Assembly: GCA_012295275.1 (NCBI GenBank)
Contig: CM022673.1
Coordinates: 15,686,001 to 15,750,000, forward strand
DNA from: Chrysomallon squamiferum
Taxonomy: Eukaryota > Animalia > Mollusca
Direction of reading: 5' to 3'
Length of the DNA: 64,000 nucleotides
Shown piece by piece: positions 14,500-28,439 of this stretch. The first letter of the stretch is position 1. Every line of letters begins with the position of its first letter. The translations under genes were made by a program, and so were the position numbers. The notes under the pieces were generated by a model that had not been told where the DNA came from, did not search any database, and saw nothing but the letters and a program-made list of their open reading frames with translations.

Positions 14500-14845
14500 A
14501 ATATTTTGGAACCTTCAACCCCTGCTGTGACCTTGATCTTGCTTCCCTCTGCCTGGTCCCCTTTGTTTTTTCTTGTTCCTCTATATAAATCGCCCCTTTT
14601 TCTTGATCTTGTCGTTTATTGATTCCCCCTTTATGCTTGTCATTCCCCCACCCATAGGTTTGGCTCTCCCCTTCTGCTATATGTTATATCCTTATCCTTA
14701 GCCTCAGCCACACCCCTACCGCAAACTCTTCTTGCTTCCCTTGCTAAGTCTGGCCCTTCTTGTTTTGTCCAGGGTGTCTCCTGCTGGGTTCTAGCTTTGT
14801 CCAGCCACAATCTGAATCCTTGAGATCCAGGATATTGTCCCATCG
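14500..14845. repeat. C/T-rich degenerate repeat island
   Basis: Strong pyrimidine skew on +, few CpG; recurring taaatcgcccctt (14586) and taagtctggccctt (14745). Confidence 0.45.
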
Positions 14846-15164
14846 TCGACTTTGAACTTTGCGGTGTCTTGAGTCAACAAAGAGGCAGTTGCTGGAAAAA
14901 CGTTATGAGAATATAATAGTTTATTCGACTTTTGTTATCCTTAATATAAAACAACATGAACAACTGACATTGTATTTTGAGACTGCCTCTGTGTTGAAAA
15001 TATGGTTACGAGTTGATTCAAGCTCTGAATACTTACATAGTATTCATTACTGTAAAACTGGTATGTTCTTGTTTTTCTTAATAAAGAGAAATGACCAGTT
15101 TACATTTGCTGATGTCATTATAGCAAGGAACTGAAATTCTGTAGTATTTTATTAATAATACTGT

Positions 15165-15202
15165 TATTATTATTATTATTATTGTTGTTGTTATTAATAG
15201 TA

Positions 15203-15251
<49 letters not shown>

Positions 15252-15440
15252 TAGTACTACTATTACTATTACTACTATTACTATTACTATTATTACTAAT
15301 ACTACTAATATTATTATTACTAGTACTAAAGGTAGTACAACATCTTTCCTTACAACTGCTTTTTGTAGCAAACTATTTTTTACTTTAGTTATTATCATTG
15401 CTGTTGTTGTCATTGTTGTGGCTGTTAATAATATTTTATG

Positions 15441-15476
<36 letters not shown>

Positions 15477-15510
15477 TTATTATTATTATTATTATCATCA
15501 TTATTATTAA
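15165..15510. repeat. (TTA)n/(TAC)n/(TTG)n compound trinucleotide repeat
   Basis: Visible tandem tracts. Confidence 0.93.
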
Positions 15511-15697
15511 TGCTTTTATTTATTTATTTAGTATTTCTTTATTATTTTTTTTCTTCAAATAAATGACGCATTAACTCATTTTATATTCACATTATCAGAT
15601 GTCATCACATGATTTTAGACGACGAGAGAGGTAAACCGCTGTTTAACAATTAACATTTAACATTAACAAATTTTACAGTAAATACAGAGGAAGCAAT

Positions 15698-15730
<33 letters not shown>

Positions 15731-16312
15731 ACACTGTGATTAGCTGCGCCCAACTGTGCTTAGCAGTACCTAATTTTGGCAGAAAGAAAAGAAAATGTGT
15801 TTAAGCCTTATTAAACACTTTTTCTTTTCCTTCCTTCTTTCCCTCGTTACAAAGCCTGCTATTAAGTTTTTGCTTAGCTGTGCGTAATTTTATTTTGCTC
15901 TGTCTAATGCTTTGCTTTGCAGTGCGCAGTTCTTCGCTTATCTATTTGGCAATCGGACTAAATACATTCATGGTGATTGTAAGGAAAGCTTAGCTCTTTG
16001 AAGTGACGCTTACACCTAACTTTTCACCAGCAATGTCTATTACAAAACTATCATTCTGACGTCTTGTAAATATAGATGTTGATAGGGTATGCGGTCAGAA
16101 TACTGTGGGTGAGATTTAGGGCCGTGTTTATGAACGAAATTAGCGGGCAAGTGACATTTATTACTGAAAAATGTGTTGTTGCTAATAGAACATAATATCA
16201 GAGTGGGCGGGACCGTTTGAAATTGATTAGATGTGTGTCTTGTTTTTAATCTCCGAGACCGGCGGTGAAATGTACATTTTTTTTTCGCTTGTTCTTTTCC
16301 ATTTTTTTTTTT

Positions 16313-16344
<32 letters not shown>

Positions 16345-16566
16345 TAAATATGAGCCGATAGGGAAACGAACAAGTTTGTTTTTTTCCTTATCGCTTTCTG
16401 TAATGTTTATATCCCTTGATTGTTGCAATGTGTTTCTTTTCACGATGTTTATGTTATCATTTATTTCTCGGTTTTGCTGTTAAACTCAGGTTAAGTGATG
16501 TTTGTTACATCATTTATGACGTTTATTGAGGTTGTCCGTTATTATAATTACTACATTTAATTATTA

Positions 16567-16674
<108 letters not shown>

Positions 16675-17454
16675 CTCACCTTTTTTAAACAACATACACA
16701 TTTTTCTGTTGCTCTAGCACGTTTTTTTTTAAGTACCAATAATATTTCAATAGGAGAAAAAGATGACAACGACAGTGACGATGTCATCGATAACGATGAA
16801 TATTACGATGATGATAATAACGTTGCTGATGAAAAAATAAGCTGATGATGATGATTACAGTGACTGTAATGATAATGAAAACACTGACGCTGATGATTGA
16901 CAAACAATGATTTCAAATACTCACGATATTAATGAACTAGATTTACTTATGAGACATCGGGAAGTTTGTGACTTCTATTTCGGATATAAATTATACGTTT
17001 ACGTGACTCCCAATGCAGTACACATAAAAATTATTATCATTTCCTCGTGTAATAAATCGATTCTTTCACACGCGCTGTTATCTAACTCAAATGACAATTA
17101 AATATTAAAGAAATCGTCGCAAAGTTGATAATGATAAGTCGACCCGTCGTTTTGAGGGGCAACCACCCCGTACTGTGCCCCACAAATGGATGGGTCAAGG
17201 GGTTTATTGAGTGGGTACCGTATCATATGAACATTACCTTGCGTAAAAAGGCTCTAAAATGTATAATTGAAGGTCTAATATTTCTAACATGTTTAATTGC
17301 ACGTTTATTTTATCAGTACGAACACTTGAAATTCTTTTCTCGAGTTGCTGTCAAGTTGTCGGTATTTGTTTTCTGGTGTGTGGGGTTCTTTGTGTGTTTT
17401 TTCCTTGTTTTCTTTTTTTTTATTATTGTTTCACGATTTTCTGTTTTCTTCTGA

Positions 17455-17455
<1 letters not shown>

Positions 17456-17512
<57 letters not shown>

Positions 17513-17686
17513 TAGTAATGATAGAGTGGCAATGTCCATATCATTTTTGTATATTTTCGTCGTTTCTTTTCCATTTTTATTTTATTATTTTTTATTTTTT
17601 ATTTCCTACTTTCTTTATTTTTTATTTTTTTTTTTTTTTTTTTTTTTGCGATTACAAATATGTAGTATATATTTTATAAATAAAAT

Positions 17687-17742
<56 letters not shown>
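17456..17742. repeat. (TTA)n, poly-T and (TG)n tracts
   Basis: Visible tandem tracts. Confidence 0.93.
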
Positions 17743-17744
<2 letters not shown>

Positions 17745-18658
17745 TATGTGTCGTAAATTTTTCAAAATATTTTCTTTATTTACACGAACCAAGCGAAAAT
17801 GTATTTTTGAATATCATTTTTTAATTTCATCTCCCTATGATTATCACGGTGAAATCACGCTTTCCTGGACATACAACCAATATCCCTCGATCCATCCAAA
17901 TCATGTCATTATAATTCATTGATACGACAACATTGAATTTACAAGATTAAATCTATAAATCCAAGTGATAAAACCTGTATACCGAGATTTCGAAAGGCAT
18001 TAGAGATTAATGAATCAAATTTTATTTATTCACAGTGTTTTATTATTTATTTATTTCAACACTTAGAGGTAATTTTACACTATTTATTTATCTGTGCTGT
18101 TAATATTAAACGTTCTATGTTATCTGGATAATCTTTCTTGGCTTAACGGTCAATAAATTATGGCACAAATGACATTTATGACAAAAGTGTTCTAAAAGAA
18201 AATAATACTGATACAGACCGTTGGTTATATAACTGATAAAATAAGGTATTTGGTGGGGTTTTTTGTTACAGCTAATATGCTTATGTTTATTTATTTTATT
18301 TTATGAGCCTTTGTTTTTTTTTTTTTTTTCTTCCTTTTGTGTATGTGTGTGTGAGTTTTTTTTTTTGGGGGGGTGTTTTTGGACTCTTGTTGTTTTGTTT
18401 GTTTATTGTTATTTTGAGGGGTTTTTGAGGGGTTGGTGTGGGTTTTTTCGGGGTTTGGGAATGTTTTGTTTTGTTTTTGGGTTTTCTTTTACAAAATATT
18501 TTATTTTTATTTATTTTATTATTATTTTTACTTTCTAACATTAAAAATATTTATGTTTAAAAGAACTGTAATAAAAAGGTTGTAAAAATAGTTTAATGTT
18601 GTTTCAGACTCATGTTTAAAAAAGGTATTAGTTGTTATGAATCAGAAGGAAGATATTT

Positions 18659-18659
<1 letters not shown>

Positions 18660-18707
<48 letters not shown>
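18660..18707. repeat. (CA)n microsatellite
   Basis: Visible tandem tract. Confidence 0.97.
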
Positions 18708-18708
<1 letters not shown>

Positions 18709-19396
18709 TCAATTAATAATAAGTGTAATGATATGAGTGAAATAATTCTATAAAAAAAAAAAAGAACGAAGAAAACATTCCTTATGCTTGGCCTATATTA
18801 CTTATTTCTTTTTTTATTATTACATTAACTTCTATATTTCTTTTATTAGCACTTTAACAATAATCCACTGTCTTTGATTCATGCATTAAAATTAACTGAA
18901 AAAAAAAAACCCTCACTCTGTCTCACACGAATGTCTGATGTAGTCGGGAAGAATGATGTCCATTGTAAATAAATAATACTTAGAGAAGAATCGAACTTTG
19001 TTACCTTGGCTTATCATTTACACAGACTTTGAAATCGCCCTGGTTAACCCTTTTTAACTCCAACACAGAAGAATACTTTTAAACAAGTTGAACAATAGAT
19101 GTAATCTGGTGTAAAGCAGTGTTTAGTCAAGTCGTTTTCTTAGATACAAATTCGATGGGCGTTTTTCAGCTCAAGATACACGCTAGTGTCTTAGATGTTT
19201 TGTTTTTTTTTTTTTATAAGACTGTGTTTTGAAAACGCTGAGCTTAGAGTGAGAATTTTGTTACCCTGTGACGTGACCAGGTTTGTTGTGTCAACGTGTG
19301 AGACATACGAACTGGAAAAAATCACGTTTGTAGTGCCATAAGAGAGGTGAACTGGTTTTATCAATTGTAGAGAGAGGTTTTTTTAAAGAAATTCAG

Positions 19397-19400
<4 letters not shown>

Positions 19401-19490
<90 letters not shown>
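19401..19490. repeat. (AG)n microsatellite
   Basis: Visible tandem tract. Confidence 0.98.
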
Positions 19491-19493
<3 letters not shown>

Positions 19494-19822
19494 TATAATA
19501 TTAAAGAAGCAGATCCGATGTTACCTTAATTACAGTTTTCCTTTCAGTTACTCATTATGTCATTCTTCCAAGAAAGCCGTAGTTTTTCTAACAGTATAAA
19601 TTCAAAATTTGTAAAATAGGTTTTATATTTTTTTCACTGTATATGAATATTTGTATATATTCATGTTTTGTAACAGATAGATTTTTTCTAAATAATAATT
19701 TTCCAAAGAGTATAAATTCATGATTTACAAAATGAATTATGTTTTTCTACATCGTACCTGTAACACACTTGGTGAAAACGCGAGTTTCTCTAGCAGTGGT
19801 ATTTCACACGTGTCTGTTTCAG

Positions 19823-19924
19823 CTGAAACAGGATAGATTGCCGTCAGTTGAATCAGCTCTCTGGCTTGTCAATATCAGCGTACATTTCTACCTCCAGAAA
19901 GCATCAGTCATTGTCTTCATGGAG
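19823..19924 (+). other. Candidate internal exon (102 nt, phase 0-0)
   Basis: tgtctgtttcag| ... GAG|gtaacc; open frame LKQDRLPSVESALWLVNISVHFYLQKASVIVFME. Confidence 0.2.
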
Positions 19925-20104
19925 GTAACCGGACAACAGAAGACACTTCACTTTGCATATTTTCTCTGAAATACACACCCAGCTGATGGGTATCTGTTTT
20001 ACCATGACAACAATCCATCAAGTGAGGCGGGAAATATATTTCACAATTGTTATTACCTGTTTCCTTTACGAATCTATTAATTGTTCCGTTCTGTTTTCTT
20101 TCCT

Positions 20105-20116
20105 CCTCTCTCTCTC

Positions 20117-20200
<84 letters not shown>

Positions 20201-20391
20201 ACTCTCTCTCTGTCCGTCTCACTCCGTCTCTCTCGTTGTTAAAAGTAAATGAAAAGAAGATGAATATAAATAGATGAAAATAATTTTATCTGTTTATCTT
20301 GTTTTTCTTTTCGAAATAATAACAAGCCTATTAAATTTTTCCAGTTTTGTGGCAAACGGATTTGTTTTGCTGGATCTTCGGCTGTGTATTA

Positions 20392-20451
<60 letters not shown>
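20105..20451. repeat. (TC)n (~20121-20199) and (TG)n (~20405-20451) microsatellites
   Basis: Visible tandem tracts. Confidence 0.93.
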
Positions 20452-20452
<1 letters not shown>

Positions 20453-21354
20453 TGCGAGTGTGTGCCTCAGAGTCTCTATATGTATATGTATGTTAGTTTA
20501 ATGTATGTGTGTGTATGTGTATCCATTTTTTTTCCGAGTTATATATATATACATATACCATTTAATAATACTCTATTATTAGACGATCGTGTTTTGAACA
20601 GAGAGCTGTAAGTATGACCCCAAGTGTAGCCAAACCTACCATCAGAAACCTATCAGCCTACTTACATAAAAGATAAGAATATCTGGTACGTATCTACACT
20701 CTGTCATCTACGGGTGGCACTTAGCTAATTCTGAAACAGGTGTATAAAAGCTATTTTTCTGCTGATAGATAACAAATGCCCACGGAGCGTTAGCCAAAAG
20801 TTTCCGGTGTACTTCGTATCTTCATGAAAATCACATCTCTGACACTCAATACTTGTTATATATTAAAAGAAGACAACAGAGTTCAAACATTTTAAATATC
20901 ACGGGTCTCATGTCTGAAATACTCCGAGCCAAAATATTTTATCAGTATTACGAGAATCTCCACTTTTTTCATTTGACCTCGTAAGAAACGTGTGACCTCA
21001 GAACAACTTTACGATCTCCGACCGGTGACTTACGAGCGACTCAGGTCGCCGTTTTTTGTCGAAAGGTCATTAACGTCACCTTTAGAATGTGGCAAATAGC
21101 ACGAGATTTGATACTGGGTGTCTGTCTGATAATGACTGGGTCTTGTTTATCAAAAAGATACCATCAAACTCCTTTTCAGCTTGTTCGCTCGACTGTTGTA
21201 ATAACAGAGATGTTTTTCAAATGCATTCATGTCATGTTTCAGATGAAATACATAACGCTGGCTTTAATCTAGAAATCTTGGTGGACATCTGTAACTTCAC
21301 AACGGTGGATTTCTGGAATGTTTTGTACGAGGTAGATTTATGGATTGCGAGTGT

Positions 21355-21398
21355 TAATAATAATTAAATAAATAAATAAATAAATAAATAAACAAAAC

Positions 21399-21456
<58 letters not shown>

Positions 21457-21695
21457 TAATAATAATGATGATAATAATAATAACTTCAACAACAAAGTAG
21501 ACGACAACGATAACAACAACAAAAAGAAATAGTTGTTGTTGCAGTAGTTGTAATGGAAGACTGGCACTAGCAATAGTAGTAGTAGCTGTAGTAGTTGTAG
21601 TTAATAGTAGCAATACTAATAGTAATGTGGAAGTAGAAGTAATAATACTAATAGTAATGTGGAAGTAGAAGTAATAATACTAATATGTGGTAGTC
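21355..21695. repeat. (AAAT)n/(AAT)n/(AGT)n tract with an exact 32-bp tandem duplication at 21612-21675
   Basis: aatactaatagtaatgtggaagtagaagtaat x2 plus a partial third copy. Confidence 0.92.
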
Positions 21696-21819
21696 GTATT
21701 AATAAACCAGTTGCAATATGAGCAGTAATACTGGTAATGTTTATAACAGTAATAGTGGTAGTGATAACAATGTCAAAAACAACATTAACCTCAGAACAAT
21801 ATTTATTTAATCTGTCAAC

Positions 21820-22150
21820 TAAATCCACAGCTTTTTCTCTCAAGTCCTTCTACGTTTGCCCACTGACCAAACAGTCTTTTTAACTCATATTTATGACCAC
21901 ACAGTCCTTATTAAACATGGCTCTTGACCTCGTATCTCTACAAACTCATCCCCCTAAGTCTGCTCCTTGTCCATAATTCTTCCACTGACCATACAGCCCA
22001 GCCCCTACAACACCTGCCCTTATCCAAGTCCCTATAATCCCAATTACCCTCTAAATCCTGTCCTTTTCTCTTATCCCGATATTGAATCCGCTCCCATTCT
22101 ACACCCCCTCTACTAAATCCGCCCCTTGTCCAGCACAATGTCCTTGTTTT
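21820..22150. repeat. Degenerate ~31-bp C-rich minisatellite
   Basis: TAAATCCGCCCCTT-like motif at 21955, 22052, 22083, 22114 (last three spaced exactly 31 bp). Confidence 0.6.
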
Positions 22151-23072
22151 GAAAATCCCTCATCTTCCAATTCACCTGACAAAGCCATTTAGTCAAGTGG
22201 AAATCACACCAGTGAACCGGACCGGCACAGCTACCGGCTATTTGAAAAACAAGCATGTTTCATTCGCAAAACACAAAAGATGTATCCGCTGTCTGTTGTT
22301 GATCTAGTCCGAGAAAAAATAAAATTCCGGTTCCATCTTTTGTGAAAACGCGCACACAATGGCCGCCGAATGAAAGATGTTTTGATTAATCCTTTTTACC
22401 GCTTCACCATGTTTTACCCACTTTTGTATACATGTGCATAACTTCGACAGCCTTTTTTATTTCTTTTATCTTTTATTCCTTTTATTCTCTGTGGAAGAAA
22501 TAATATTATAAATATTTAAAATATTTGGCTTGTGTGTCTACAGTTACCTTTTTTTCGTTTCGTCTGAGAACAGGTTGATGAATAACACATATGTAAACAA
22601 TCTACAAAACAAAGGCATGAAGAGTGAGAAAAGTATATAAAGAAACACTCGTTAAATAAAGAAATAAACAAAGATATTTTATTAACACAAGTGTCTTGTC
22701 GAAAGCCAAAAAACAAATTCTCGTTTTAAATCGTCAGCTAACAATTAATGATAATTATTCATGATCAGTATGAAACCCAGATTAGTTACAGATTTTATCA
22801 TCATGATTTCTAATTGGAAATGATTAATCTGTGTTCTTTTTTTTTTCTTTTTTTGAATTAAATTAAATTAAAATGTCTGAGGATAAATATTTGTTCCTAA
22901 TCTCTTCCTCTTTTTTTTTTTTTTTCTTTCTATGGCTCTGTCTTTTTTCTTTGTTTCCGTTTGACTGTACCTGTCATTTCTCTCATCTTTCTCTTTCTTT
23001 TATTTCTCTCATCTTTCTCTTTTTTTTTTCTCTCTCTCTCTTCTCTCTCGCTCTTTCTCTCTTTCTTTCTTT

Positions 23073-23188
<116 letters not shown>

Positions 23189-23751
23189 TTCTGTTTCACT
23201 TTCTGTTTCTTTCGTTCCTTCTTTTCTCTCTGTAATTTTAAAATAACAAATGGGGGGTTGTGTGTTTTTCTTTGGAGGGGGTGTTAAATCTAAATTCCTT
23301 CCAAACTTACGTCAGTGATTTTCGAGCTCACAGATTAAAACATAAATATACATTTTTATGACTTTCTTATTTTTATTTGATTTCATATTTTGGAAGCTTC
23401 TTCTTGCTTAAATCTTAACACCATTTTAAAAAGAAGGCAAGTTTATGTTCTGGAAGACATCAAATGTGTATGTTTCACCTGCTTTTAACAGCTGACAGCT
23501 AATTAAAATGTTACACGTCTCACTTCCGTGACCCTCCATCAGTACAGTCTGCACTGGCGTTAGGAAGGTTGTCAGTGTGTTCGAGAACTTGCGTGCGTCT
23601 GTGAGTGTGGCTGCTGTGTGTGTGTTTTAATGCGTGTGCGGGTTTTTTAACGTAAATGTGTGTGTGCAAATAAATAAATGTATGTGTATGTATTATATAT
23701 ATATATGAACGTATGTATGTGTGCATTTAGGTATATATGTATGTATGTATA

Positions 23752-23792
23752 TGTGGACTGAATGTGTGTTGTGTATGTATTGTGGACTGAAT

Positions 23793-23868
<76 letters not shown>
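23752..23868. repeat. 29-bp-period duplication (tgtggactgaatgtgtgtt x2) followed by (TG)n
   Basis: Copies at 23752 and 23781; TG tract to ~23868. Confidence 0.9.
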
Positions 23869-23871
<3 letters not shown>

Positions 23872-24587
23872 GATGTGTAACTACTTGTAAAACATAAGGA
23901 AGTAGCTTTTAATTAAAAGAAAAACAAAAACAGGTAAAAAAAAAACATGAATAAAAAACACGACAGAGAGACCATTAAGTACATCTTTTAAAACTTAAAA
24001 CTTAATAAAATTATTCATGAAAATGAAAATGCGATGTTTGTTACGACATAATAAATTCATACAAATCATAACAACTTAATTCTTCCACACCCGAAAGTAA
24101 TCTCATCTTTATGCACATAAATATTTATATATCCACGTACTTTCATAAATACTTCACAGGTTAGACAGAATTTTTACAATCTGCATAACTGATGGATGGC
24201 TTTTGCTTGGCAGGTTATGTGTTTTTGATAATAAAACGGCTTGAACCCAAATGTACGCAACAAGCGCTGATGTAATGTTGTAAGTATATAACATAAATGA
24301 AATGTTTCTTGTCAAATCTAACACCCGAGAAGTTTTGTGGTAAACGTGTATAACACACACACAAAAAAAAAATAAAAAAAAAATAAATAAATAAATAAAA
24401 AATAAAAAGATTGTAAACAGATAAAATAGCTTATCGAGCCGAGAGTTTTTTAAATAATAATAAAAAAATTAATATCATAATGGTGACTGTTTGTTCATTG
24501 TTGTCACCATTACTGATGTTATTATTATTAGTTATTGTTGTTGTTGTTGATATTATTATTATTGTTATTATTGCTATTGTTATAAGA

Positions 24588-24717
24588 AAAAAAAAGATGA
24601 ATTTCTTTAAACAAAAGATTTCAGGGTAAGGGAGAATGTTTGTTTGTTTTGTTTGTTTGTTTGCTTGCTTGTTTGTTTATTCAACTTTTAATTTTAATAA
24701 TAATAATAATAATAATG

Positions 24718-24763
<46 letters not shown>

Positions 24764-24770
24764 TGTTATT
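24588..24770 (+). repeat. Dispersed duplicated cassette, copy 1
   Basis: A-run + atgaatttctttaaacaaaagatttcagggtaagggagaatgtttgttt + (GTTT/GCTT)n + attcaacttttaatttt + (AAT)n(ATT)n; matches 29255-29512. Confidence 0.92.
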
Positions 24771-24846
24771 GTTGTTGTTGTTATTGTTGTTGAGACTGTT
24801 ATTGTTGTTGTTGTTGTTGTTTCCCCGGCATGTGAGACAGACAGTC

Positions 24847-25037
<191 letters not shown>

Positions 25038-26507
25038 CTATTATACATTAAACGTTATTTTCACAAGTAAAGAGTAGGAAAGTCAAAACGACCGGACCAG
25101 TCAATACTTTCACGATTCCACAGCGGACATCTTTATTACGTTCGACCTTTGTTCATCCTGTAAAAACCATCATATCGTGAAACATCTCTACCTGTCTGGC
25201 TGAACAGTTTATTTGTTGTATAAACAGACAACCAAGACACTTTTAAAATATTTACAGGTCATGAAAGTACAGACAACACAATAGTCATATTTCCTAAAGC
25301 ATATTTTTGCCTGTCTGTGAAGTGCCATAAAGAAATTTTGGCGTGGTCGGCGTTGAAACGGAAAAATTATCGCTGTCGTTGACATCTGTCGTTGGTACAC
25401 TTGACTAGAGATAAACAAGGTTATGATAACCTCGTTAAAAGAAAGGATGTCTGCGGTTTTACTTTAGAAAAGAAAACTTCATTTCTTTATATTGTTTTAC
25501 CTTTCAGTGAGTGACAATAAATCAGATGCTTAAAAGTAACGGATGTTTTGACTGGATCGTGCATTGTTTTAACCTTTTGGCCCAAAGGTTGCCTCGCTTC
25601 ATTTCTGTCGCCAAGGAGTGAAAGTAACGAGAGTTCCGATTGGTAGACACTTTATATTTATATTTGTATTACTTTGACGAGAATGTCAGATGGTAGATAA
25701 TAACATTTTGTACGATGCGTATAAATAAATTATATTATATGTTTTCTGTGATCGTTTTATTTTTCTTCTAACAACATACATTTCATATATATTTACATCC
25801 CAAAAAATTAATAACATTTTGCTCCATCAGAGGTATACAAAACAGTCTGTAGATATGACTATTTGTTAGATTAATACACAAAAGCCGTGAATTAAAGGAC
25901 ATGTTTTTGTATGAAACTTGACCATGCCTCGAAAGATCGCTCATTGTTCGCACGCCATTATCAGCACAACACTTTCAAAGGTGTATTCCCGATAGAGAAA
26001 AACAAATAGCACTGTCCTGCAAACACTGGTAAAGCGGAGCTTACACTGCGCGACTTTATGAATCGTAATATCTTTACTGTATAGTATTAATGTATCTTTG
26101 TCACTACGTTAATCTCAAGAATCGTTATCACTTTCGAATCATAAAGGTGTATATTAGTATAAAGCTGCGTTTTGTCTGTGCTGTTCGTCACACCAGTTGA
26201 TACAGTATGATATAATCGTAAAATTGTTAATCATGTAAGAAATACTGTTCCAGTAGTAAGTAAACATTAGAACGTATTATATTTCCTTTGAATAATTATA
26301 AGCTATTATGAGCCAGTCTATACTGAAATACAATGTAAGGTGTCTGTTTAAGCCTATGTTTTTATTAATTAATTTATTTTTTATTAATTTAGTCTCTCAC
26401 CCCATCTGTCAATCAGTCAGGCATTTATTCATTCACAGATAACATGTCGATAATATAAACAAATTTTGATAAAGAACTACTTCAATTGTTTTCATCCATA
26501 TCCATTT

Positions 26508-26512
<5 letters not shown>

Positions 26513-26601
<89 letters not shown>

Positions 26602-26602
26602 C
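26513..26602. repeat. (TC)n-(CA)n microsatellite
   Basis: Visible tandem tract. Confidence 0.97.
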
Positions 26603-27437
26603 CCACTCTTTATTTTTGCCTGTGTCTCTCGCCGTGTCTACAACAAATCGTTAATACAAATCGGCACATGAGAACATCGCTTAAGCGAACTGGCTGTGAA
26701 AAGGGCATGTTATTACAAAAGAACAATCAATATGGGTGCATTGAATAGGTGAAAGGTGACACGGGTGAAAGTGTAGGTACTGGTGGATGGGTGGGGATGA
26801 GATCTGACAATCAGCGGTCTATCTGATCTCACTCTTTGGATTTTATTTCTTGTAACACAAAATAAAGCTGATGATATTTCTAGAGAAAGGGGTGATAATA
26901 GGATTAGTCAGTTCTCTTTATGTTTTCTGGTTTGTTAAGGAATGAATATTATATTTTTAAAAAAAAAGGTATTTGTAAAAGAAAAACAATCACAGGTTCC
27001 TGTAATACGATTGGACGGGTTTTTTAGACTTGTGATTCCTCAGACTCTTTCTGCCCACACGTAAGCAGATTTGTCCCTGTCGATAGCAGGGATGTTTGAT
27101 ACTGCACCAGGATGAGACACACCCGATGACAAGGGGCGGGGTGATTTATAGGAGCAGGGAGGTTTGGTACGCAGTTCGGAGAAGACACTTTCTTGTTATA
27201 TCAAGTTTGGATACACATAAATAAAAAAAAAATTAACAATAGCTTTCTGTGATACAACTGCCATATACGATCTATATTATTAAAATTCCTGTGAACTGTG
27301 TGTGAACTGCATGTGAACTGTTCTTTTGTAGCAGACAGCAAAAGCGGAGTTTGTCGGAATAATCAAGTCACGGCGACATTTATCGAATCAGAAAGAATTC
27401 GTTCCTTCTTTTATTTAATTTGTTATTATAATTATTA

Positions 27438-27489
<52 letters not shown>

Positions 27490-28439
27490 TAAATGCTTTT
27501 CAGAATGCTGTCTTGCTTGTTTCTGGAAAACCCTAAATTCATTTTAATATTCTACGAAATTTAATATTCTTAATTTTAATTTATTTACCTCAAAGTTAAT
27601 ATTAGTGAACTCTGAGGTCAGCGTCGGGTCACATGACAAAGTTTCCTGCTACCCCGCAGCAAATATGTACTGTACATCCTATTGGTGGATTAATGACCGA
27701 AATACCATAAACGCCTTAACGAGATTTATGCTTCTAAAACGGTAAATAAAAGTACGCTGAAGTTAGCAAATATTTATTAAATTTGGTCGATTAATGTGAC
27801 TTCAGTAACAACAGTATGCGATCGTAGTGTGATGACCACTGCTAAACAATTAAAACCAGCGACAAATAGCCAATGGCGACAGGCCAGGCGATGATCGCAG
27901 CCATGCCAACTTTTATACACTGTTTAAATACTCAAGTTGACTTTGTTTCGTGTTACAGCGATGCCTGTGTTAATCTATACATTGTGTAATCGTTTTAAAG
28001 GCTCTCTTTTTATTTGACTTTCTCTCGAGTTTATAGTGTTCTAAATATTTAGTCAAAGGGTTAGAATAAGGAAGAATGTGCGGTTAATGATGCTGAAATG
28101 TAGAATGTATTTAGTAACGGGACCTTCGAGTAGAAATATTTTAGTAATGGCTACAGCTGTCTTTAATTTATTTCCTTTGTTAATGGACCGAATAAATGAG
28201 CGAATGAATGAAGGAACGAATGAATGAATGAACGAGTGAATGAATGAATATGGAAATGAATCAATAAATTACATTTGAATGACAGAAACGAATGTTAACG
28301 GAAGGAAGGATGGTTGAATGCATGGAAGAATGAAGGTACGGCTAAGATGCATTACTGTTTGAAGACAATTCAATATATTTTAACAACAGAGATTATTTGA
28401 TGTTATGAAAGAGCAATTCAGTTGTAATTTCAACTCTGT

